Positions 53,803-64,000 of a DNA stretch of 64,000 nucleotides are shown here, piece after piece (position 1 is the stretch's first letter; every line of letters begins with the position of its first letter). Location of the stretch: positions 5,456,001 through 5,520,000 of the forward strand of contig CM035354.1 of assembly GCA_020137815.1 (NCBI GenBank), given 5' to 3'. The notes under the pieces are model-generated. The model was not told where the DNA came from. It was given only the letters and a program-made list of their open reading frames with translations, and ran no database searches. The position numbers and the translations under genes are program-made. This stretch comes from Hormiphora californensis. Taxonomy: Eukaryota > Animalia > Ctenophora.

Positions 53803-55105
53803 GGGTACACCTGGCGTTTTTCATCATCGAGTGCCCAACCAAATGACTTCACCAGGGTTTAGGCCATACAAAATGGACCTCAAATATGCAATTTTAGCCC
53901 TAAAGTCGAATTCATATTTTTGCTACAGCCTATTTTCAAAGTGGCGTTTTTTCAATTTTTGTTGAAATTTTTAACCTCAGGACCACTTTTTTTGAGATAG
54001 AAACATTAAATTCTTGGAATTTGAAGAGAATATAAAGGTGAATAAGCCCAAAGAAGGATTTTTGAAATAGAGCTTATTTCTGGCCATGAGAACGGTTTAC
54101 TTTTTTGCTTCTTTGACACGCTGGCTGAGAATGTTCCCATGCTTCATTAGAGATGAAAATCTGGAAATAGTTGCTCAAAACGATTATCTATGTGGCCCAA
54201 AAATTTTGGAACTTTCCCGCCAAAGATGTGGTATACAGAGCTTTTTTTGTGAAACCTGTCTTTTTGAAAAAGAGGGAAATTCCCTGTATCTCAAAAACGG
54301 ATGATCGTAGAGACCTGGGACCAAGCTTAATCGATTCAGACGGTCCGATTTTGGGGGGGTCTTCTGAGAGACATTTTGCTCCTACTCCAACCGTTTTTGC
54401 TGTAATTGCGAAAAAGGTATCAGCAAGTAAGGGGGAAATCAGCCCGAAGCAGGCTACTGGAATAGAGTTGTTTCCCCTTTTCATAGAATTAGTTTTTTGC
54501 AATTACAGCAAAATCGGTTGGAGTAGGAGCAAAATGTCTCTCAGAAGACCCCCCCAAAATCGGACCTTCTGAATCGATTAAGCTTGGTCCCAGGTCTCTA
54601 TGATCATCCGTTTTTGAGATACAGGGAATTTCCCTCTTTTTCAAAAAGACAGGTTTCACAAAAAAAGCTCTGTACACCACATCTTTGGCGGGAAAGTTCC
54701 AAAATTTTTGGGCCACATAGATAATCGTTTTGAGCAACTATTTCCAGATTTTCATCTCTAATGAAGTATGGGAACATTCTCAGCCAGCGTGTCAAAGAAG
54801 CAAAAAAGTAAACCGTTCTCATGGCCAGAAATAAGCTCTATTTCAAAAATCCTTCTTTGGGCTTATTCACCTTTATATTCTCTTCAAATTCCAAGAATTT
54901 AATGTTTCTATCTCAAAAAAAGTGGTCCTGAGGTTAAAAATTTCAACAAAAATTGAAAAAACGCCACTTTGAAAATAGGCTGTAGCAAAAATATGAATTC
55001 GACTTTAGGGCTAAAATTGCATATTTGAGGTCCATTTTGTATGGCCTAAACCCTGGTGAAGTCATTTTGTTGGGCACTCGATGATGAAAAACGCCAGGTG
55101 TACCC
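53803..55105. mobile_element. 1.3-kb foldback DNA transposon, Kolobok-like
   Basis: Nearly identical ~610-bp inverted arms with an ~80-bp spacer, GG...CC termini, TTAA at 53799-53802 and 55106-55109. Confidence 0.8.
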
Positions 55106-56384
55106 TTAATGTTATACTACCATATTCCAATCACCAACATACGTGTGTTACTAACTAGTATACTTACCTGCACGGCACAATACTGTTATTTCATTAGGAT
55201 CCCGCGCTGTCATCCATACGACTATTTAGAGTGACCCTCTCGCCTCACCGGGCATTGTAAAGAGGCCGGCCTCTCTGTGTTACATTTTAGAATTCTTCTG
55301 TATCTCCCCCTGCAGTACTACTATCATATGTACTTTTAGAATATATATTTTAGTAGTACATACCCAAAACTAGCACCTTTAAACTCGGTTATGTCATACT
55401 TGCGGGTGTTATAATATGTCTAGGGTGCAATCTTCAGCTTGATAGACTTTTTGATATCTGATATCTGATAGACTTTTTGATATCTGTATAACATGAATTC
55501 ATCTTTTTTTTCTTCGAAGAATCATCTTAGTTGGTTGTAATAATGGTGCATAGCTTAATCTCGTTAAAGATAAGCAACTCAAAAGCTAAGAAACTTCCTC
55601 GTTGGGATGTCTCTGAATTCTTTGATTCACATTTTAAAAGTTTCATTTAAAAAAGGTTCATACGATATCGTTTCTCTAAATCGACAGTATTTAAAAGAGC
55701 AATTACTGTTATAGCTCAAGCTGCAGCCCATACCATTTCGATGAATTGTGTAATACCCCACCGTGCCTATTTTATAGTTTATATTGGTAGAACTTTCAAG
55801 AAATCTTCTGTTTGTTATCGGTAGAACTCATAATATAATAATGGATGGTCCCGCCACGGTGGTGCCTTATTCTGCGTGAGGTAGCCTATATAACAGTTGT
55901 TATATGTTCTAACCCTCCTTTACGGGCGCGGGAAACAGGGCCGCGAGCAAGGCAATATAATACAGCAGGTGTGGTTCCTTTTTCACGGTTGAGGGGTGAT
56001 CGTTGTTAGAAACCTTGTGTGTCATGTATTCTGCCGCTCAGGTCAGTAGCAGATGGTGGGCAGCTGTTGAGTGTGCGGATCATTATTAGAACTATTATAT
56101 GCGTGAAGATCATTCTTTGAAGGACATAATGGCAAAAGTAATATTTGGCCTCTGATAATTATATTTTACTTTTATCAAAGTGTTATATATTGGTGGTGCA
56201 ACATGGTGTGATAGTGATTAAATATCTCTGAGGAGCAATGTATGCTATTTATAACCGGTATCATATCGGCTGTAATACACTATATATATCCATTGTTTGA
56301 AAACGGGGTTGTAGAAATAATCACCATGCGTGTAACATGTTGCATATAACTGTAATACAGTTACTGTATTCATATATATACCTA

Positions 56385-56563
56385 CAGTCGGACCCCGATT
56401 TAACGGCCCCCAATTTAACGGCACCCCGATTTAACGGCAGGATAATCTTCCCCCGATATAGGAAATTAACAGTATTTGACCCCGATTTAGCGGACACCCC
56501 GATTTAACTGCTAACGGACAAAACCTTTTCCCCCGAGAGTGCCGTTAAATCGGGGTCCGACTG
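56385..56563. mobile_element. Tc1/mariner-pogo-type MITE
   Basis: TIR CAGTCGGACCCCGATTTAACGGC, TA on both sides, internal CCCCGATTTA repeats. Confidence 0.85.
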
Positions 56564-56643
56564 TATATAACATAAAAATATATATTTAACGAGAAAGAGA
56601 GGCCTGCTTCCCCAGAATTGGTTCCCTCAACTTTGACTATATA

Positions 56644-56689
<46 letters not shown>

Positions 56690-57375
56690 TTAGCTATCAC
56701 ATGTGGGTTTGTAACTATAGATCACGTGTTTATAGGGCGTTAATGCAAAATATACAGAGGAGTCAACGCGTTACCATTACTTGTTATACTACAATATAAT
56801 ATACTAAGCCTCACAAAAGTTTCATAAATTTGTGAACCTGCACACGATCACCCTCTCTCTCTCTCTCTCGATATCAGTCTCCACCTATAGTTTGACACGT
56901 GCGGGATCGCACTTCAGCCCACTTGACGAACATGCTATAATGCTTTCAATCTTCATCACAATTATCCTTTCTTGGTAAAGCAACCAGAGATGCGATACCT
57001 GCAAGAACCCTCGTCCCACACACAACATCTATCATCGTGTTCCTTGTTATGTTCTAACCCTCCCTTTACATTGTTTCGGGGCGCCCGAAACACAGTCTAG
57101 CCAGGCAACGTGTTCCAAGCATTTAGCTTGATCATTATTTTATGTAGTTAATCCGTTTCCTATAAATCATGGAAAATCATTAGGCTACAGATTATACCTT
57201 TACAGATTTTGCTGGTAGAGAAATTGAAGGCAGAACTAACTTAGTTAATATATAGAATCTTGAATATTCCTACAGGAATATTCCTACAGGCATGCTTTGA
57301 ACAGGTTCAAAGATTGCCTACTTAGGGGGGTTTATATCTTGTCTCCTGGGAAGTATCGCCTGATTCGTAAAAGTT

Positions 57376-57933
57376 GGCAGGTCGGTAGAACTTCGAAAGA
57401 ATTTAGGGCAGGTCAATTTAGGGCAGGTCTGAATTTAGGGCGGGTCTGAATTTAGGGCAGGTCTGAATTTAGGGCAGGTCAATTTAGGGCAGGTCTGGGC
57501 AGGTCGGTAGAACTTCGACAGAATTTAGGGCAGCTCTGAATTTAGGGCAGCTCTGAATTTAGGGCGGGTCTGAATTTAGGGCAGGTCTGAATTTAGGGCA
57601 GGTCGGAATTTAGGGCAGGTCAATTTAATATTATTTACTTGTTACAATAGTTATGGAGAGATATTAGAAGATAAGAATTTGGGTCAATGTTTTAGATGAG
57701 TAGGAATAGCGAGAAGCCACGTACAGGGGATTGTGCGACGTGCCGAGAGGAGAAGCTGCCACGTCAGCCTAGGCTGAACTATCGGTTAAATGTAAATTTA
57801 TGCCGTTATTAACGAAAAATTGGAGAAAAATCGAAAATTCTCTCCTCTCATATCTCGCTCCCTGGTCACCTCTTTCTCAGACCTGCCCTAAATTGACCTG
57901 CCCTAAATTCTGTCGAAGTTCTACCGACCTGCC
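57376..57933. mobile_element. Non-autonomous TIR element (Merlin- or MULE-like) with ~17-bp subterminal tandem repeats
   Basis: TIR GGCAGGTCGGTAGAACTTCGA, 8-bp TSD TAAAAGTT (57368-57375, 57934-57941), GAATTTAGGGCAGGTCT arrays. Confidence 0.8.
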
Positions 57934-58354
57934 TAAAAGTTGATTGTAGGTAGAGAAGTCGTGACTGCTGCAGTGATCTTATAGATCGATAGAACTGAGT
58001 TTATCCTATTTTGTATTGTTAACAACATTTTATATGGTTCCTGGCTTTGAGTGAGTATCATCAGATCAGCATAACATCTGTTCTCCCTATACCGGCCTCT
58101 CTATCAGTCTCTGTCTATCTATCTGTAGTCCATCAGTCTCCGTGGCGTATTGGTCTATTTCTCCCTCTCTCTCTCTCTCTTACCCCATCTCTCTCTCGAT
58201 CATCATCTATTTGAAATGTATCATCTTTCTATGCGAATCAATTTCCCGTTTCCATGCCATCCACATATTTTACTGTTGTTTCTTAGCCCTTAGGTGGACT
58301 TATATGTGTAGCTTATCATGTCTCATCATTTTTTAGTTTTTCCACTGCTTTCTG

Positions 58355-58400
<46 letters not shown>

Positions 58401-60253
58401 CTTTATTCCAGAGAGACTCTCTCTCCCTGTCTCTCTCCCTGTCCCAGTCGTCCCTCTCTCATACAGGTCTACTGCACCTCATCGCCTGGTCATGATGCAT
58501 CGATGATCCGATTTTTCGTGCGTCGGCAGATTAATAGCAACGTTGTAGAAGAGGGTGAGAGAAAGAGAGATAGGGAGAGAGAGTGAGAAAGATAGGCCAG
58601 AGAAAAGAATGGATTGTGCACCTAAATTGTATTACAATTGCTCCCCATTTTTTTCAGGTGACCTTTATCTCAATCACAATGTCACAATTTTTCCCCCTGA
58701 TTTGTTTATTCGTGGCTGCAAGGCCCCTACGATTTTTCAATTTCATCAAACGATCTCCATGGTCTATCGGTATTATGTAAATGATATAGTCTATGACATA
58801 ACTATGTAACGTATCTTAATGAACACATTTATTGTATTATATGCACCTAACACCCCTAAATTGTGCACACACTTATGTGTGAATGGTATAATATGAGTAG
58901 ACCCCTTTTGTAGTTCTTGTTTTCGTCCTTTGTCCTACAACTCTGTCCGGTAAATTGTTCATGATGTTAGACGCTGCAATGGTTAGTTTTCAAATGTTTT
59001 CAATACTCATCATAATCTCTCTACTTATTATGAGCTAGTGTCTCTCAATCGTTTCAACTATCTTCCTTTTTCGTTTGATCAGTGCATCAACGATCAACAT
59101 ACTACACAGACGTTGACAATATCACTCAGAACCGTTAACTTATACTAACCTATCCCAATTCATGGTCAAATTTCATCTACGATTCTCCTGTGTACACGAG
59201 TTGGTTACGAAATCACCCCCGTTTTTATATTGCATGAGCTTTTGCGGGGGGGGGGGGGGGGGGGTGGTCAATTTCATTACCAAATACACGAGGCCTCTAG
59301 GCTCTACCATAACAAACATGGTATAGTGAACTATAATACAGGGAGTGACAAATGTTAGCACGGGGATGATCCAAAAAAAAAAAACTATAATACTTCGTGA
59401 ACTATAATACTTCGTGATTGAAGCAAATAGGGTCAGACAATTGCCTGACAGGGTTCACATGATGAGGTGGGGGGGGGGGGGGTGACGGATATATAAGGAA
59501 CATGTTCGTGTTTTGATAATGCTAGCTCTTCTGGTATGTTTCATCTGTACTGGATTTAATTAGTTCATGCTATATTTACCTAGCTTGACTTGGTTCATGC
59601 TGGCACTAGCGGTGGCAACATAATATATGTTCTGTCGACTACATAATTAATTATGAGGGTGCACCTTGCTTTTCCGAACCCTCGCATTTTTATGAAATAA
59701 AATGCGGTGTGACCTGGTTGTTAGTTGCTACAAATATTATATTGGCAATACCAATTCCTAGCTCTTTCTCTCTCCGTACTATAGAATTATGAATTTCTGT
59801 CGGAATGTTCTAAAAGTAAAATTTAAAAGGCACCCATACAAAGATTGATTCGAGGTAGCTTTTAGTAAGCGCTTCAAAAGCTTTCAACAACGACCAACGT
59901 ACATATGTTTCGAATATTTTTAGTTGACACGTACAATACGGCGTCGCTATATTTCCTCTCAATATGAGAGTATATTTGAAATATAGCACATGCACATGAC
60001 GATGTTTGGTCGACTCTTTGATACATATCTATCGTTGTTCAATTTCAAAACCCCAAAATCTCTCCACCGATGTTTATTACCACTGTTTTGGTATAGAATC
60101 TGAGATGCAGGGTCTGATAACAGTGAAATGCTCTAACAGTTCATCCCAGTTTTACCTATATACTATGTAGTTTGAAGGTAGCGCTTAGCTCCATGTATTA
60201 TACCTATCTTAGTTTGTATGAATAAATACAGGTTGGCAATTGAAAGTTCACCC

Positions 60254-60341
<88 letters not shown>

Positions 60342-60359
60342 ATATATTATCCTAATCAC

Positions 60360-60517
60360 TAGATATATTACTGTTGGTGGTTGCCCTAATTGTGCCTCAA
60401 TGAGCCCAACATATGGTACCTTGCACACACGTCCTCTCTCCATGCCTGCGCCCCATGCAGCACACTCGTTGTCGTCCCAAATCACGGTCATTCCTGACAC
60501 AATTAAATTGGGTGACC
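60360..60517 (-). other. Possible exon of an unidentified gene
   Basis: A pyrimidine-rich acceptor followed by an open frame SPNLIVSGMTVIWDDNECAAWGAGMERGRVCKVPYVGLIEAQLGQPP. Neighbouring exon-like pieces do not join cleanly. Confidence 0.25.
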
Positions 60518-60764
60518 TAGAGATCCAAGATGAAAAGAAAAGTAAGAAGTAATTAGATACAAGGATAGCCGTTTTTTGGTTATACGGTTAAAACGGTTCA
60601 GAGACGGTTATTGAGCTCATTTCCCCCGAGGATTCGGTAGAAAGTACCCACGTTTATAGGCTAGAAAAACAGGTTAAAACAAACCCGGAAATGAATTTCT
60701 TGCCCCAAACTCAGGGGTGTTTCTGTGGACCATTTGGAACACATCGATGAAGGAATTGGCTGGC

Positions 60765-60829
<65 letters not shown>

Positions 60830-60859
60830 TTTATACCCAGAAAACTATCTTTAGATCTG

Positions 60860-60967
<108 letters not shown>

Positions 60968-61301
60968 TCAGAGAGAGAGAGATCAAAGAGAAGAACACCA
61001 GAATCCGGTACAGTATTGCTACATAAACGATCATTTAGTTCGTTATACCCCGGATTGGTCTAATTTCTAATTAGGAGTGCTGAAATAAACGCAACTATCA
61101 CAACCTTCTTGTGCGTGTGATAAAATTGAGATACTTTTTTCGCAACCCGTTAAATCTTTTTTTAAATATATAATGAGGGGAGTAATTGGATTCGCACCTT
61201 ACTGAAACCTTACTGAAACCATTATCTTCATTACTCATGATATTAAAATAAGAAAACTGGGGCGATCGAACCGATCTTGAAAAAAATACCTCTCTTTTTC
61301 T

Positions 61302-61334
<33 letters not shown>

Positions 61335-64000
61335 AACAAGATGTTTTATAGTGTTATCTTGCTATCACTATTATATTATAGTGAGCTTGAAAATGACTAT
61401 ACATGATGACTTGGAATATAACTTTCTCTCTGTACTACACCAAGGTGCATTGCATATTTTATTAATTAACTTTATTACTGTAGGTTCATTTTTCATTTTT
61501 GTAGTTCAAGCCACTCATCTATTACTCCATCGCTAGTTGAGATGCCTGACACTGTGACCAGGACAAATAAAAAGTAATGTATGAACAATTCAAATCGCTA
61601 GGCCTATCTCGAAAACTGCATGACTGCTGGCTCTCAGACCGAAGGCCCGGTGTGAGTGCACTGAGCGAGGCTAAAGACAGCCTGCGTAGCATGACAAAGT
61701 AAATTTGGACTTTTCGGTACAGCAAATCATCTTCAGATAGATTGGTTTAGTACGTTGAGGAGCTAAAAATCGTGAAATTTGTTTGTTTTTAAGGACATTA
61801 AATCGGCTTTTCCCTCTTACTCTCGATTTTTGAACCAAACCAGAAACAATACCCAAGTAAAAAACGGATACCCCAAAAATATTAAATGAAAAAAAATGGT
61901 TTAAAGGAAATTTTAAATTTTGAAAAGGGTCAAAAAGGAAAGAAGGGGAAGAGGTGGAATAGATAAGGAGAGAGGGGGAGAGGGAGAGAGAGGAGAGAGA
62001 AGAGGAGAGAGAGAGAGAGAGAGAGAGGGGAAAAAAAAGGGGGGGTCCCGCCTCGGCCCCCGGTTGGTCTTAATCGTATATTAAAAGGGCAGGTTTTCAC
62101 AAAAAAAAAAGAGAGATAGAGAAGGATAGATAAAGGGAGATGAAGGTGCTCTCTGGGGGACCGTGGTACACTGGTGCTCACTGCAGCCCATGATCATCAT
62201 CTTAATTTGCCCCCTCATGGTAATTATCTTCTTCTTGACCTAGTCTGAAGATCTATTGGTCCCTGACGGAGAACAAAGTTCAAGAGCTTTGAGAGTCCTA
62301 CATACTATCTTTACCGTCATATTTAATTCCATGTTTACTAGTTTATACAACTAAATGGTTGACCTTCCTTTTGTTTTTACTGTCGCTGTATTGGTATGCC
62401 CTACGATGGCAGTATGGACCATACTATATGGTCAACATACAAACACAGTTTAGGCGCCGTAGGCCGTAGGGATACCTGCTGCACCATTGATTCACAGCTT
62501 GACCCCTTTGTTCTGTTTAGAAAGAAAATTTACATAAAAACGGTGGGGAGAAAAAGAAGAGGGGGGAGAAAGAGAAAAAGAAAAGAGGGAGAAAAGGAGG
62601 GGTTTAGAGAAAGGTAAGAGGGGAGAGGAGAGGGGGGGAGAGCGGGGGGGGGGGCCGCCTGGGGGGGAAAAGGTAAAAAAGGGGGGGCCCTGCTTTTCAA
62701 GGGGGAAAAATGTTAATTTGTTTTACCCCAAAACCATTTTCCCCCCTTTCCCCCCTGTTATTAAACGTGCGTGTGACCTGTATGTGCTATTTCCCAATTA
62801 TATGGTAGTTTTTTGGGCCATTTTTAAAAACCCATATTAGGGGCATCAAATCCCATGCCCGGACCAAAATTAAACAATGGCAAAACTTGTTAACCGGGAG
62901 CGCCCGCCCCCCTTCTTTGAATGGGGAGGAAGAAAATTTCCCCGTGGGTTACTATTTAACCTATCATTTTTAGGGCCAAACCAAAAAACGGGGTCCCCTC
63001 CCTACATTGTTGAAAAAATATGTCAATTTCCCCCCCCCGGCCCCCCCCATTTTCCCCTTTTCCCCCTTCCCCTTTCCTCCCCCTCTCCCCCCCCTCTCCC
63101 CTCTCTTTTGCAATTGAAAAACAAAATTTTCCTTTTTTGTGACCAGGTTTTTGAGGATGGGGGGGGGTTGGGGGGGGTGGAGTTGTGGGGGCCCCCCCCC
63201 GGGGTTGGGGGGGGGGGCGGGGGGGAGCGCCGGGCGGGGGCGGGGGGGGAAGGGGGAGGGAAAACAGAGGAGGAGAGCGAGGAGGGAGGGGGCCCCCTTT
63301 AAGGGGAACGCAAAAATTTGGGGAGACGGTTCACTATAAAGAAACACGGCCCCCCCTTTTTGGCACCACCAATCCCGGGAGAAAAGAGAGGGGGAATCAG
63401 GAACGGGTAAGATCTGGGGGGTGGGTGGGGGGGGGGGGGGGTGGTTTCGGGGGGGGGTTTTAGGAGAGAAATGAGAACAGGGGAAAACAGAGAGAGAGAG
63501 AAATAATCTATTGAATTCTGAACACTTTGGTGCCCTTAATTTTGTCTCTACTCCTTTCCTAACGGTTGTTACGCTTTTGGCTCCAGGCAACAAAAAAGGG
63601 CGTGGCCCGGAATTGACCTCCCCCAACGGGTAGAGCTTAGAACTTTTTTTTGGTGGCTTAGGAGGTCCCTGGCTAACATTTAGTGAAGGAATTAGCTTGC
63701 CCCCCAAAAAATATGAGATTATGGCAAGAACTGTTAACAGCGAAAAAGAAAATCAAAAGTAGGTACTTATTTGGTATTTATACTGTTTCATATCTGATCT
63801 GTCTGGCGCCGCCGACCCCAACTGAGCGCACTGTCAAATCAAATTGGGGTATGGCGCCGCCATACAGTATCTGACAGGCAGTGCCACTATTATCTATTTA
63901 CAATGTACAGGGTGTCCCATATATTCTCCGGGTCGGTTGGCGAGCTGTCACGCAAAAACGGTGATAGTTGTGTGAAAACAAACTGCGGGAGTGTGCTGGA

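Noticed and set aside
54086-54822. Mirror-image ORF pairs
   Set aside because: A by-product of the foldback arms; no transposase motifs.
61860-63800. Gly/Pro-rich ORFs (62877..63707 etc.)
   Set aside because: Homopolymer-rich, low-quality sequence; the translations are compositional artefacts.

Overview
Eukaryotic (animal) genomic DNA with introns, many microsatellites and one 100-N scaffold gap (29415-29514). The MITE families look like those I recall from the ctenophore Pleurobrachia, but this is an inference. Host genes: an orphan 4-exon SF2-helicase-like gene, CDC34/UBE2R, UBALD, ALDH4A1, a single-pass membrane protein, and GLMP/NCU-G1, whose 5' part is present twice as a ~2 kb inverted duplication. 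There are also LINE fragments and several non-autonomous DNA transposons. The standout is a ~20 kb Helitron-2/Helentron-type element (~30129-50457). Manual splicing joins its minus-strand ORFs into one 9-exon, ~3,830-aa polyprotein: SGNH esterase, repeats, Zn finger, HUH Rep, Pif1 helicase, Ulp1-type protease. Downstream in the element lie a cryptic spliced gene, a spliced glycoprotein with the layout of a class I viral fusion (F/env-like) protein, and a small Cys-rich type I membrane protein. Together these suggest a virus-like, possibly enveloped rolling-circle element; no capsid gene was identified. A second recurring pattern is tandem duplication of exon-intron junctions in host genes. The assembly contains 1-nt indel errors and junk tracts, so frameshifts and long-range linkage need checking against reads.
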